Origin: an uncultured Gammaproteobacteria bacterium
GTDB lineage: Bacteria; Patescibacteriota; Patescibacteriia; JAHIZJ01
Length of the DNA: 64,000 nt
Assembly (NCBI GenBank): GCA_964371245.1
Contig: CAYJKP010000001.1
Span: 443,042-507,041, forward strand
Direction: 5' to 3'
In this document: piece after piece, positions 8,969-18,819 of the stretch
Layout: the number at the start of each line of letters is the position of its first letter
Numbering within the stretch: position 1 is the stretch's first letter
Notes under the pieces: model-generated
The model's input: only the letters and a program-made list of their open reading frames with translations
Told to the model about the DNA's origin: nothing
The model's database searches: none
Translations under genes and position numbers: made by a program

Positions 8969-11000
8969 ACTCGGCTATCATTGCGTGATCGCGCTCATAG
9001 CGGTAACGGCGTTTTTATTTGGTTTGCCAAAAAGCGTTGGCGCGCGGACGCTGGATAATACCTACCCGAGGCTGGCCAACATATTCTATACAACAAAGTT
9101 GACAATGGGCGAAGCGCAGAGCCTGGCGCGTTGGGACGCGATCATCCTAAGCATGGAGAACCAATACACAAACCCTGAGGCGATTCAACTGATGCGCCTG
9201 ATAAACCCTGATATCATCATATTAGCCTATGTGTCATCGCAAGAATTGCCAGACAGCATGTTTGCAATAACTGACAAGAACCATCCTGACTACAAACTGA
9301 CGCATGGTGTCTCAAGTAAATGGTTTTTGCGCGATGCCCAGGGCGGACAAGTAGTTTTTTGGCCGGGCACAAGAATGATGAATGTGACTAATTCGGCGGC
9401 GCGCGTTAACGGATTGCGCTGGAACACCTATCTGCCCGAGTTCGTGCATGAAAACGTCATGTCGACCGACTTATGGGATGGCATCTACTATGACAATATG
9501 TGGAATGATATTTCTTGGCTAAATAACGGCAATCTTGATCTCAACCGCGATGGCCAGAAAGAGAGCGCTGCTGCGCTCGACCGGGCCTGGCGCGATGGAA
9601 TGAGCGCCCTGCTTCGCTACTCGCGGCAATTAGAAGGCGACGAAAAAATAATTGTTGGGGGAGGTGGCGGTCAATATTTTGATTCGATCAACGGGCGGCT
9701 TTTCGAAGGATTTCCGACAAATCTCGATGGCGGCTGGGGCGGATCAATGGAAAAATATCTAGACGCTCAGGATCGAGCCCAGGCGCCGTCGGTAATAATT
9801 ATCAATAGCAGCACAACCACGGGCACGTCGGACGATTATCGACAGTTACGCTATTCCTTGGCGAGTGTATTGCTTGGAAACGGTTTTGCGAGCTTTGACT
9901 TCGGGATGTATCGGCACGCGGATCTCTGGTGGTATGACGAATATGATGTTTCGCTCGGACGGCCGAATGGCTCAGCCTACAATGTTCAAAATGCCTCCGC
10001 TCCGATTTCATCGGCGGGCGTCTGGCGCCGCGATTTCACGAACGGGGTAGTCTTGATAAATTCTACCAATAAGAGCCAGCGGGTGAATTTAGGCGCCGGT
10101 TATGAAAAAATAAAAGGCAAGCAAGCGCCGACGATCAACACTGGTGAAATCGTCAGTTCGGTAACGCTGCCGGCGCGCGACGGACTCATCGTCTACAAGC
10201 GCCAGTTTGAAATAGCCGAAGGTCAGTACACGAACGGGTGGCTGGCCGAAGCCTTCTCCGCCACCGGTCGGAAAGTCCGCCAAGGCTTTTTTACCTATAC
10301 GACCGAATATGCCGGCGGCGTGAATATTATTAAGACTGATTTAACAAACAACGGTACAATTGAGACAGTTGTTGCCTGGAATAATAAAGTTCAAGTTTAC
10401 AACCAGGCCGGCTTTTTGATTCGTGAGTTTTATCCCTACGGAGCTTCGTACAATCGCGGCATCAATCTGGCCGTTGGCGACTTGGATGGCGATAAGAAAA
10501 AGGAGATCGTAACCGGCACTGGTCCCGGCGGCGGTCCGCATGTCAGGATATTTAACGCCCGCGGCGGGTTAGTAAATGTTGGCTTTTTTGCCTACGACAA
10601 AAACTTCCGCGGCGGTGTCCATGTAGCCGTCGGCGATATGAATGGTGACGGCAAGGATGAGATAATCACCGGCGCAGGCTATGGCGGCGGTCCGCATGTC
10701 AGGGTCTTCAGCCGTTTTGGCCGTCCGTTGTCTGGCTTTTTTGCCTACGACAAAAACTTCCGCGGCGGAGTATCGGTCGCCTCGGATGATTTGAATAATG
10801 ATGGAAAAGATGAAATTATTACTGGGGCTGGCCCGGGCGGCGGCCCACATGTCCGAATATTTAATCAGTTTGGCAAAGCGGTGATGCTTGGTTTCTTTGC
10901 TTATAAAGAGAGCTGGCGGTCAGGAATCACGGTGACAACCGCTGATATCAATCGAGACAATAAGCCTGAAATAATAGTCTCGAGCCAAACGCTATATTAA
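8943..11000 (+). CDS. membrane-anchored surface protein. The N-terminal region is a putative glycoside-hydrolase-like domain. The C-terminus holds about 3.5 FG-GAP/VCBS-like 52-aa repeats
   Basis: Repeats read VGDxxGDGKDEIxTGxGxGGGPHVRxF...FFAYDKNFRGG. A TM anchor LGYHCVIALIAVTAFLF is present. An alternative upstream ATG at 8865 would overlap the preceding gene by 103 nt. Confidence 0.55.
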   Translation: MNRWLAKNRLGYHCVIALIAVTAFLFGLPKSVGARTLDNTYPRLANIFYTTKLTMGEAQSLARWDAIILSMENQYTNPEAIQLMRLINPDIIILAYVSSQELPDSMFAITDKNHPDYKLTHGVSSKWFLRDAQGGQVVFWPGTRMMNVTNSAARVNGLRWNTYLPEFVHENVMSTDLWDGIYYDNMWNDISWLNNGNLDLNRDGQKESAAALDRAWRDGMSALLRYSRQLEGDEKIIVGGGGGQYFDSINGRLFEGFPTNLDGGWGGSMEKYLDAQDRAQAPSVIIINSSTTTGTSDDYRQLRYSLASVLLGNGFASFDFGMYRHADLWWYDEYDVSLGRPNGSAYNVQNASAPISSAGVWRRDFTNGVVLINSTNKSQRVNLGAGYEKIKGKQAPTINTGEIVSSVTLPARDGLIVYKRQFEIAEGQYTNGWLAEAFSATGRKVRQGFFTYTTEYAGGVNIIKTDLTNNGTIETVVAWNNKVQVYNQAGFLIREFYPYGASYNRGINLAVGDLDGDKKKEIVTGTGPGGGPHVRIFNARGGLVNVGFFAYDKNFRGGVHVAVGDMNGDGKDEIITGAGYGGGPHVRVFSRFGRPLSGFFAYDKNFRGGVSVASDDLNNDGKDEIITGAGPGGGPHVRIFNQFGKAVMLGFFAYKESWRSGITVTTADINRDNKPEIIVSSQTLY
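10330..10985 (+). repeat. intragenic tandem DNA repeat with a period of about 156-162 nt, in about 3.5 copies
   Basis: A 34-nt block ggcttttttgcctacgacaaaaacttccgcggcgg is perfectly duplicated at 10581 and 10743. ggcggcggtccgcatgtcagg is also repeated. Confidence 0.7.
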
Positions 11001-11001
11001 C

Positions 11002-12423
11002 ATGATGAAAGAAGAATTACACCAAAAGAAGCACTGGTTTCTCCGGGGATGGAAAAGCCTGTCGCTGGCCACGTTTAACATTGTGGCGCCACCGATTGCC
11101 GGTAAATACAATGGACGCTATGATCAGCGTCGCTGGCTTTTGTTTATTGACACGCTTTTTACGCTGATCTTGTTTTTTTTGATCGCGACCGTTCTCTATT
11201 TTCTGACGAGCAAGCAACTCCTGCCCGCGCCCGTGGTAGAAGCAACGTTGTCAACATCCGAAGTAGCGACAAACGGCGGGCGATCGGAAATAGATATTCG
11301 CTTGAGCAATAATGGCACCCTGAACGTCCGGAATATTGAGGTGCGCATGAATTTTCCGGCTGAGTTTGTCTACGAATCCGCCAGCCTTGAACCAAGCCAG
11401 TCCGACAGCCTAATTTGGGAGATACCAGAGCTTAGCGGCGGGCAAGTCAGCCACCTCGTAATAATCGGCCATATCATTGGTGTCCCGAATTCACAACCAA
11501 ATATCAAGGCGCTGGTCCAGTATCTGAGCGGCGATCAATTGATGAGCCAGTCGTTGACTAGGTCATTCACCATTTCGGGTGAGCTTCTATCACTTACGCT
11601 TACGGCGCCCGAAACAGTCCGGAGCGGCCAGGAATACTCATTAACAATACGCGCCGTGAATAATAGCGAACGCGAGTTTTCAAGCGCGTCGATTGAAATA
11701 AAATTGCCTAGAGAGTTTATCCAGACCAGCGTTACGAAACCATTTGAAAAAGGCAGTACGCGGTGGGCAATAAGCAACCTGAAGCCGCAGGCGGAATGGA
11801 GCGTGCGGATCAGCGGACATACAGCGACTGAAAGAGATCATGCAAGCGTGTTTGAAACAACCGCCGGCATACTCGACAACAACCTTGAATACCTGCAGGC
11901 CACCGCAAAAGGGACGGTGAGCATACTCGGCTCAAGCGGTACCACGAATACAAACACCGGAACAGAAACTGCCGCAACCATTTTGAAGTTTGTGGCTGAG
12001 GCGCACTATTACAGCGATTCCGGCGTGCAATTCGGATACGGTCCGCTACCGCCGACGGTCGGTCAAACAACCGGTTATCGCGTTTTTTGGAAGATAAGAA
12101 AGGGCGCGGAATCATACGAAAACCTCACGGTTGAAGCGAGCCTGCCAGAAACTGTGGCTTGGGCTGGAAATGGCAGCGTTTCTTTTGGGCAGCCGCTTAC
12201 ATATGATGAAGAATCGCGCAAAGTAAGCTGGCCCGTTGGCGAGCTAGCAGGAAATCAACCAGACATAACGGCGAGCTTTGAAGTTACGATTTCCCCGACG
12301 GTGAACGATATCGGAAAATTTCTGACACTTTGCAATGCGGTCAGTGTATTGGAGCACGCCGGAGCGACGGTAAAAAATATTTCTACCTATCCGTATATCA
12401 CGACCCAGGTTAGCGACAGTTAG
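11002..12423 (+). CDS. type-II membrane-anchored surface protein with DUF11-like (conserved repeat domain) units
   Basis: One N-terminal TM helix. Repeated modules read EIDIRLSNNGTLNVRNIEVRMNFPAEF and SLTIRAVNNSEREFSSASIEIKLPREF. Confidence 0.5.
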   Translation: MMKEELHQKKHWFLRGWKSLSLATFNIVAPPIAGKYNGRYDQRRWLLFIDTLFTLILFFLIATVLYFLTSKQLLPAPVVEATLSTSEVATNGGRSEIDIRLSNNGTLNVRNIEVRMNFPAEFVYESASLEPSQSDSLIWEIPELSGGQVSHLVIIGHIIGVPNSQPNIKALVQYLSGDQLMSQSLTRSFTISGELLSLTLTAPETVRSGQEYSLTIRAVNNSEREFSSASIEIKLPREFIQTSVTKPFEKGSTRWAISNLKPQAEWSVRISGHTATERDHASVFETTAGILDNNLEYLQATAKGTVSILGSSGTTNTNTGTETAATILKFVAEAHYYSDSGVQFGYGPLPPTVGQTTGYRVFWKIRKGAESYENLTVEASLPETVAWAGNGSVSFGQPLTYDEESRKVSWPVGELAGNQPDITASFEVTISPTVNDIGKFLTLCNAVSVLEHAGATVKNISTYPYITTQVSDS

Positions 12424-12509
12424 GCCGCTGGCAGAGGGATAGTGCAAAAATAAAAACGTAACTGTGCCATCAGACAACGCTTGTTTTTTGGTATCGCCAG
12501 GTTAGCGCC

Positions 12510-12538
12510 TTGACACCAACGGCAGAGTTTGCTATGCT
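12510..12538 (+). promoter_or_regulatory. promoter TTGACA-N17-TATGCT
   Basis: Consensus -35 with a 17-nt spacer. The ATG at 12566 follows. Confidence 0.45.
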
Positions 12539-12565
12539 ATCCCGTTATATATTTTTTCTACGCAT

Positions 12566-13696
12566 ATGACGATGAAAATCGCGATGATTGGCCAAAAAGG
12601 AATTCCAGCGCTTTTCGGCGGGGTTGAACGACACGTCGAAGAACTGTCTGTTCGATTGGCTAAACGCGGACATATTGTAACAGTATATACGCGACCGAAT
12701 CATACGAACCCAAACCGGAAAAACTACCATGGGGTGCGTTTAGTTTCCTTGCCCAGCCTTCCGACCAAGCATTTCGACGCGATCAGCCACACCTTTCTGG
12801 CGACCGTGCATGCGCTGTTCCAGGATTATGACATTATTCATTATCATAGCGGAGGACCGTCGCTCCTGTCGTTTTTGCCAAGAATCTTCCGTCCGGGCGT
12901 AAAGGTCGTCGCTACCTTTCATAGTATTGAGCGGAAACACCAAAAATGGGGTTTATTCGCGCGTTTCGTGCTCCGGCTGGGAGAATGGGCCTGTGTCACT
13001 TTTCCCCATCAAACTATCGCGATTTCGCGACCGTTGCAGGAATACTGCGAAAAGACGTATCATAAGAAAACCATCTATATACCGAATGGCGTTTCAAGCG
13101 AATTTACGCGATCGCAAAAAGCCAAGGTAATTACGAAACAATTCGGCTTGATCGCCGATCAATATATTCTGACAGTTGCTCGGCTGATTCCGCCAAAGGG
13201 CATTCATTATTTGATCGCCGCCTATAAACGCCTCAATACGAAAAAGCAATTAGTGATTGCCGGAGATTCCGCTTATACCGACAGCTATGTAAAAAAGCTG
13301 AAAGAACTGGCGGCCGGCGATCCGCGCATCATCTTTACTGGTTTTCAAAAAGGAAAAACCCTGGCTGAGTTGTATTCGAACGCCTACCTCTTTGTCTTTC
13401 CGTCGGAAATTGAGGGGCTGCCACTGGCTCTGCTTGAGGCGGCCGGCTTCGGCCGTTGCTCGTTGGCCAGTAATATCCCGGAAAATCTTGAAGTTCTGCG
13501 GGCCAATAATGAAGTAATCGGCTACGTCTTTAAAAACAAGAATGTAAAGGATCTACAGACAAAGCTGGCCGAACTATTAAAACGTCCGGAAGAAACAAAG
13601 AAAGTCGGCCAGCGCGCTCGGAAAGTCGTCCTTCAGCATTTCAACTGGCAGTCAATCGCCCGCGAAACAGAAAAACTGTACAGCGTTTCGCAATAA
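12566..13696 (+). CDS. glycosyltransferase family 1 (GT4-type)
   Basis: Carries FVFPSEIEGLPLALLEAAGFGRCSLAS, the EX7E region. Confidence 0.75.
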   Translation: MTMKIAMIGQKGIPALFGGVERHVEELSVRLAKRGHIVTVYTRPNHTNPNRKNYHGVRLVSLPSLPTKHFDAISHTFLATVHALFQDYDIIHYHSGGPSLLSFLPRIFRPGVKVVATFHSIERKHQKWGLFARFVLRLGEWACVTFPHQTIAISRPLQEYCEKTYHKKTIYIPNGVSSEFTRSQKAKVITKQFGLIADQYILTVARLIPPKGIHYLIAAYKRLNTKKQLVIAGDSAYTDSYVKKLKELAAGDPRIIFTGFQKGKTLAELYSNAYLFVFPSEIEGLPLALLEAAGFGRCSLASNIPENLEVLRANNEVIGYVFKNKNVKDLQTKLAELLKRPEETKKVGQRARKVVLQHFNWQSIARETEKLYSVSQ

Positions 13697-13715
13697 TATA
13701 TACGATAGAAAATAA

Positions 13716-13750
13716 AACAGCCCCAGTCTAAAAGGGGTTGTTTTATTTTT
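13716..13750. terminator. bidirectional rho-independent terminator between convergent genes
   Basis: The hairpin AACAGCCCC-loop-GGGGTTGTT has an A-run on one side and a T-run on the other. Confidence 0.5.
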
Positions 13751-13789
13751 CTAATTTATGAATCGCTGCCAGGGCGGTGCTCGACGTCC

Positions 13790-14545
13790 TTATTTTACAT
13801 ATTTCTGACAATGGGCGATGAGGTATTTCGACTTATTGTCGCCGAGTTCAAAGATAACGTCTGCAGGTCCGGTCCGGACGATCCAGGATATTAATTTCAG
13901 TCGGATCCGTTCCGGCACCCAGCGAAAAAACTTCTTGATTGAAGAAAGTACAGGTTTATTATCTCGGTTCGGTTGGCCGAGATAGCGACCCTGGCCATAC
14001 CATAATGTGATCGTGAAGTATTTCGATAAAAGATCGGCGAATTCTTTTTTGGACAACTCGCGGACGTGAAAAGGATTTTTATATTCACTGGGGTTGATCA
14101 TAAAAAGCGGTATCACTTCACGGTCCGGCGTTGACATGAAAAGTGTGCCATTGTTTTTCAAAACTCGTCGTATTTCTTTCAGAAACGCATTTTGATCAGA
14201 TAGGTGTTCAATGGTTTCAAATGAGACAACCGCATCAAAGCATTGATCAGGAAACGGCAATGCCAAGGCGTCGCCGACTATGTATTTGAGGTTCGGCGAG
14301 TGATAGTGCTGATTTGCAAATTGAATGGACGCCGACGATATATCCAGCCCGATAACACTTTTTGCCAGCCGCGAAAGAGCGTGACTTCCATAACCGGTGC
14401 CGCACGCTACATCTAAGACGTCGCAACCCTTCAAGTGCGGTTTAACGAATGCGTAGCGGGCTTTGTGTTCCCGAAAGATATTATTACTCGGCCCCCAGGG
14501 AGGCGCGAAGATACGTTCGTCGGCATTGTCTCGTGATTGTTTCAT
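13790..14545 (-). CDS. class I SAM-dependent methyltransferase
   Basis: Motif I is VLDVACGTGYGS. The motif FDAVVSFETIEHL is also present. Confidence 0.7.
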   Translation of the reverse strand: MKQSRDNADERIFAPPWGPSNNIFREHKARYAFVKPHLKGCDVLDVACGTGYGSHALSRLAKSVIGLDISSASIQFANQHYHSPNLKYIVGDALALPFPDQCFDAVVSFETIEHLSDQNAFLKEIRRVLKNNGTLFMSTPDREVIPLFMINPSEYKNPFHVRELSKKEFADLLSKYFTITLWYGQGRYLGQPNRDNKPVLSSIKKFFRWVPERIRLKLISWIVRTGPADVIFELGDNKSKYLIAHCQKYVK

Positions 14546-14670
14546 TGTAGCTGGTCAGTTTATTGTGATTTACAACTTATAGCGCGCTATTATGACAGGT
14601 CGCGCCTGCAAACAGAATATCATAATTTAAGCAGGCTTGTAAATCAAGGGTGGAAGCGAGGATTCGGAAA

Positions 14671-14697
14671 TTAGCACTCTCACTTGACAAGTGCTAA
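14671..14697 (+). promoter_or_regulatory. CIRCE-like inverted repeat (HrcA operator) TTAGCACTC-N9-AAGTGCTAA
   Basis: It matches the CIRCE consensus TTAGCACTC-N9-GAGTGCTAA at 17 of 18 positions. It overlaps the -35 of the clpB promoter. Confidence 0.6.
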
Positions 14698-14712
14698 ATT
14701 CCCTTTTACACT
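14684..14712 (+). promoter_or_regulatory. clpB promoter TTGACA-N17-TACACT
   Basis: The -35 lies inside the CIRCE spacer and right arm. Confidence 0.5.
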
Positions 14713-14739
14713 GATTTTATAAGTATTATCGATATACCA

Positions 14740-17373
14740 ATGAATCCAAATAATTTCACTCTTCGTGCCCAAGAGGCGATCCAACGCGCCGAGCGAATCG
14801 CCTCTGAAAAAAAGCAGCAGCAAATCGACACGTATCATTTGCTAGCCGCTTTAATTACCCAAGCCGACGGGGTAGTGCCCTCGATCCTTCAGAAAATAGG
14901 CATTGAGCCGGCAAAGCTAGAAACGAATGTGTTTGGCGAGATTGAAAAGATGCCAAACGTCGAATTGCCGACCGGCGGCATTGCTCAAATATTCATTACA
15001 AAAAATCTGAAGGACGTCCTTGACCAGTCGATCAAAGAAGCGGAAAAGTTAAAAGATGAATACATCAGTACTGAGCACATGTTTTTAGCAATGCTGGAAG
15101 CAGATAAACGTGTGAAACAACTACTTAATGCACACGGCATAACAACCGAGTCAGTATTGAAGGTTTTGAAAGACGTCCGGGGAACACAGCGCATTACCGA
15201 TCAGGAACCGGAAAGTAAATATCAAGCGCTCGAAAAATATGGAACGAATTTAACGCAATTCGCCAGAGCAAAAAAACTTGATCCGGTGATCGGACGCGAT
15301 GACGAGGTGCGTCGCGTTATGCAGGTATTGTCCCGTCGGACAAAGAATAATCCCGTTTTGATCGGTGAGCCAGGTACGGGTAAAACCGCCATCGTTGAGG
15401 GACTGGCGCAACGAATCGTCGCCGGTGACGTGCCCGAGGGCTTAAAGAAAAAAGAAGTCGTTGCGCTCGACATGGGTTCTTTAGTGGCCGGCTCGAAATT
15501 TCGGGGTGAGTTTGAAGATCGTTTAAAAGCGGTACTCAAAGAAGTGAAAGTCTCTGAGGGGCAAATAGTGCTTTTTCTCGACGAGCTTCATACGATTGTC
15601 GGCGCGGGTGGTGCCGAGGGAGCAATTGATGCAGCCAATATGCTGAAGCCGATGCTGGCCCGAGGCGAGCTTCATGCAATCGGCGCGACAACCTTAAAAG
15701 AGTACCAGAAATACATTGAACGAGACGCCGCCCTAGAACGTCGCTTTCAGCCAATCTACGTGACTGAACCGTCGCTTGAAGATACGATCGCGATCCTTCG
15801 CGGGATCAAAGAAAAATACGAGGTTCATCACGGCGTGCGGATAACGGACCCAGCCATCGTCGCGGCGGCTGAATTGTCACAGCGCTATATCACGGACCGC
15901 TTTTTGCCGGATAAAGCTGTTGATCTCATTGATGAGGCAACCTCAGCGCTCCGCTTGGAAATCGATTCAATGCCCTCTGAGCTTGATAAGATGAAACGCC
16001 GGCTTCGCCAGCTCGAAATTGAAAAGCGCGTCCTACAAAAGGAAAGCGACGCTCAGTCAAAAGGGCAGCTTCAACAATTAAAAAAGCAAATTGCCGTGTT
16101 GCAGGAAGAAGCGGGCATATTGGAAATTAAATGGAAAACAGAAAAAGATATCATCGTTGATATTCGAAAAGGGAAGTCAGAAATAGAGTCACTGCGATCA
16201 GAAGCAGAAGTTGCCGAGCGGAAATCAGAGCTCGAACGCGTGGCCGAAATACGTTATGGCAAGATTCCGTTGCTTGAAAAAAAGATCAAGCGCAATCAAG
16301 AAAAATTACAAAAGATACAGAAAGACAGCCCGATTCTGAAAGAGGAAGTCACGGAAGAAGATATTGCCGGTGTTGTTTCGCGCTGGACGGGTATTCCGGT
16401 GTCAAAAATGCTCGAAAGCGAGATTGAAAAACTGGCTCACATGGAAGACGCCTTGAAAAAACGCGTCATCGGACAAGAAGAATCAATTATCGCAGTCTCG
16501 AACGCAGTCCGGCGGTCGCGTGCCGGCATTTCGGAAGAAAATCGGCCGATCGGGTCATTTATCTTTCTTGGTCCGACCGGGGTCGGGAAAACGGAATTGG
16601 CCCGCGCCATCGCCGAATTTATGTTCAACGATGAAAACGCGATGATTCGCTTAGACATGTCGGAATATATGGAACGGCACGCCGCCTCAAAAATGATCGG
16701 TTCGCCGCCAGGATATGTTGGCTATGATGAAGGGGGTCAATTAACGGAGCTCGTCAGACGACGCCCATATTCGGTCATCCTCTTTGATGAGATTGAAAAG
16801 GCGCACCCCGACGTCTTTAATATGCTCTTGCAGATTCTTGACGATGGACGACTGACGGACGCGAAGGGGCGGGTGGTGAACTTCAAAAACACAATTATTG
16901 TCATGACGTCGAACATCGGTTCTGACGTGATCCTTGATTTATCAACGAAAGGCGATCTCGGTTTTGAAGTAGCATCTCAAAAACACAAGAGTTTAGACGA
17001 TTTGATAAAAGAAAAAGTCATGGTCTTGCTGCGCAACCACTTCAAGCCGGAATTCCTCAATCGTGTTGATGAAATCATAACCTTCCACAGTCTCGACAAA
17101 AAACACCTTATGAGCATTGTTGAGCTTCAGTTACGGCGCACCGTCCTTCGTCTAAAAGAGAAAAGCATCTCGTTGTCGATTACGGAAAGGGCGAAAAAAC
17201 TATTGATAGAAAAGGGCTATGATCCGCAATTCGGAGCACGGCCGCTGAAACGTGTCATCCAGCAACAAATATTAGATCCATTGGCAATGGATATGATCAG
17301 CGGACGCGTGAAAACCGGAGAAAAAATAACGATTGATGTTCAGGGATCAAAAATCATCGTGAAATCACAGTAA
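14740..17373 (+). CDS. clpB: ATP-dependent chaperone ClpB (class I AAA+ disaggregase)
   Basis: 877 aa. Two Walker A motifs (GEPGTGKT and GPTGVGKTE). A long middle coiled coil and a Clp N-domain are present. Confidence 0.95.
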   Translation: MNPNNFTLRAQEAIQRAERIASEKKQQQIDTYHLLAALITQADGVVPSILQKIGIEPAKLETNVFGEIEKMPNVELPTGGIAQIFITKNLKDVLDQSIKEAEKLKDEYISTEHMFLAMLEADKRVKQLLNAHGITTESVLKVLKDVRGTQRITDQEPESKYQALEKYGTNLTQFARAKKLDPVIGRDDEVRRVMQVLSRRTKNNPVLIGEPGTGKTAIVEGLAQRIVAGDVPEGLKKKEVVALDMGSLVAGSKFRGEFEDRLKAVLKEVKVSEGQIVLFLDELHTIVGAGGAEGAIDAANMLKPMLARGELHAIGATTLKEYQKYIERDAALERRFQPIYVTEPSLEDTIAILRGIKEKYEVHHGVRITDPAIVAAAELSQRYITDRFLPDKAVDLIDEATSALRLEIDSMPSELDKMKRRLRQLEIEKRVLQKESDAQSKGQLQQLKKQIAVLQEEAGILEIKWKTEKDIIVDIRKGKSEIESLRSEAEVAERKSELERVAEIRYGKIPLLEKKIKRNQEKLQKIQKDSPILKEEVTEEDIAGVVSRWTGIPVSKMLESEIEKLAHMEDALKKRVIGQEESIIAVSNAVRRSRAGISEENRPIGSFIFLGPTGVGKTELARAIAEFMFNDENAMIRLDMSEYMERHAASKMIGSPPGYVGYDEGGQLTELVRRRPYSVILFDEIEKAHPDVFNMLLQILDDGRLTDAKGRVVNFKNTIIVMTSNIGSDVILDLSTKGDLGFEVASQKHKSLDDLIKEKVMVLLRNHFKPEFLNRVDEIITFHSLDKKHLMSIVELQLRRTVLRLKEKSISLSITERAKKLLIEKGYDPQFGARPLKRVIQQQILDPLAMDMISGRVKTGEKITIDVQGSKIIVKSQ

Positions 17374-17418
17374 AGCAGAGGCTTGCGCTGACGTTTGCGT
17401 CTTTGGTACAATACAACT

Positions 17419-17883
17419 ATGAATTATTACGAAGCGAAACCATTCTATCGTGGTATTCTGGCGGTCTTTTTTAGCGTCATGACGATTCTCCTGGTGATCG
17501 CATTCTGGATAACATTGTTAAATCATGGCCAGCTGGCCTGGTTTCGGATCCTTTTAATTGTTGAGTGGCTGGCCGTTTTCCTAATCACTCATGCATTTTG
17601 GAAATTCAGCGTTATTATTCGAGATGGCTATTTGTATTTTGGTTTCGGTCTATTTAGGAAAAAAATAAATATCAAAGAAATTGCCGAAATCGATAAGGTT
17701 TCAATCACATCCAAGCGATTTTTTAATTACGGTTTTTTTCGGCAGCCAAGAAAAAATCTGACCGTTTACGCCGCCTTCAATGGTTCAGGTCTGCGCATCG
17801 GCATGAAAAATAGCCGCGAAATATATGTTTTTTCAACGCAATCGCCTCAGCATGTATCTGAAATACTGCGGGGTAATAAATAA
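17419..17883 (+). CDS. small membrane protein with a bacterial PH (bPH_2/YdbS-like) domain
   Basis: Two N-terminal TM helices followed by a soluble domain. The ORF track starts at a TTG at 17395. The ATG at 17419 lies 6 nt after a TGGTACAAT extended -10. Confidence 0.45.
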   Translation: MNYYEAKPFYRGILAVFFSVMTILLVIAFWITLLNHGQLAWFRILLIVEWLAVFLITHAFWKFSVIIRDGYLYFGFGLFRKKINIKEIAEIDKVSITSKRFFNYGFFRQPRKNLTVYAAFNGSGLRIGMKNSREIYVFSTQSPQHVSEILRGNK

Positions 17884-17910
17884 TAATGCTGAGAAAAGGA
17901 GGTGAAGAGA

Positions 17911-18042
17911 ATGCTTCGATTAAATGACGACGACGACCAAAGCATGAATGAAGAGGAAGAGAAAGAACAAAAGGACGAAGAAACGGAAACGGACAAAGAT
18001 GAAGATTCTGAAGATACGGATGCCGATGAAGAAACAATATAA
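17911..18042 (+). CDS. 43-aa hyper-acidic micro-protein (MLRLNDDDDQSMNEEEEKEQKDEETETDKDEDSEDTDADEETI)
   Basis: Absent from the ORF track because it is shorter than 60 aa. AAAAGGAGGTGA sits 9 nt before the ATG and is the strongest SD in the window. A hairpin terminator follows it. Confidence 0.45.
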   Translation: MLRLNDDDDQSMNEEEEKEQKDEETETDKDEDSEDTDADEETI

Positions 18043-18089
18043 TTGAGATAATGAAATACGCTGGAAAATAAGGTTTTCCGGCGTATTTA

Positions 18090-18118
18090 TTGATTAAAAT
18101 GCTGGTTTCTGCTACAAT
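18090..18118 (+). promoter_or_regulatory. promoter TTGATT-N17-TACAAT
   Basis: It sits upstream of the ABC/GT2 operon. The -35 overlaps the 3' side of the preceding hairpin. Confidence 0.45.
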
Positions 18119-18132
18119 ACGTCCATTATTCT

Positions 18133-18819
18133 ATGCCGCTGATCACACTCCAAAACATTAATAAGACATTTTCACCTGATTTGCCAAATCCGGTTACAGC
18201 CCTGAAAGGGGTTCATTTTACGATTGAGCGGGGAGAGTTTATCTCGATCATGGGTCCGTCAGGCTCGGGTAAGAGTACGCTCCTGAATATCTTGGGTTTG
18301 CTCGATGTGCCCGATTCCGGAAGTTATGTTTTGAATAACGTTGATATCAGTAAGGTACCGAAAAACCAATTGCCATTCTTACGCCGAAAAGAAATTGGTT
18401 TTGTTTTTCAAACGTTTAACCTGCTCTCAAGACTGACGGTCGCTCAAAATATACAATTACCCCTTGTTTATAGTCGCTGCCCGAGAAAAAAACAAATTGA
18501 TCGAGTAAACGAGATGCTCAAAACTGTAAAGTTAGAAAATAGAAAAAACTATAAACCAGCACTGCTGTCTGGTGGTGAGAAGCAGCGCGTTGCCATTGCT
18601 CGGGCGTTGGTGAATGACCCCTCGATAATATTAGCCGATGAACCGACGGGTAATCTCGACAGTAAATCGGGTAAAGATATTATGGCGGCCCTGCAATGGC
18701 TAAATCAGCAGGGACGGACAATAATTGTCGTTACCCATGACTCAAATATTGACGCATATGCCCAGCGACATTTTCGTATGTCGGACGGCGAATTAACGGA
18801 AATTACCACAAATAAATGA
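18133..18819 (+). CDS. ABC transporter ATP-binding protein (MacB/LolD-type)
   Basis: Walker [10 protein letters not shown] and signature [15 protein letters not shown] are present. The ATGA overlap with the downstream permease indicates coupled translation. Confidence 0.85.
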   Translation: MPLITLQNINKTFSPDLPNPVTALKGVHFTIERGEFISIMGPSGSGKSTLLNILGLLDVPDSGSYVLNNVDISKVPKNQLPFLRRKEIGFVFQTFNLLSRLTVAQNIQLPLVYSRCPRKKQIDRVNEMLKTVKLENRKNYKPALLSGGEKQRVAIARALVNDPSIILADEPTGNLDSKSGKDIMAALQWLNQQGRTIIVVTHDSNIDAYAQRHFRMSDGELTEITTNK

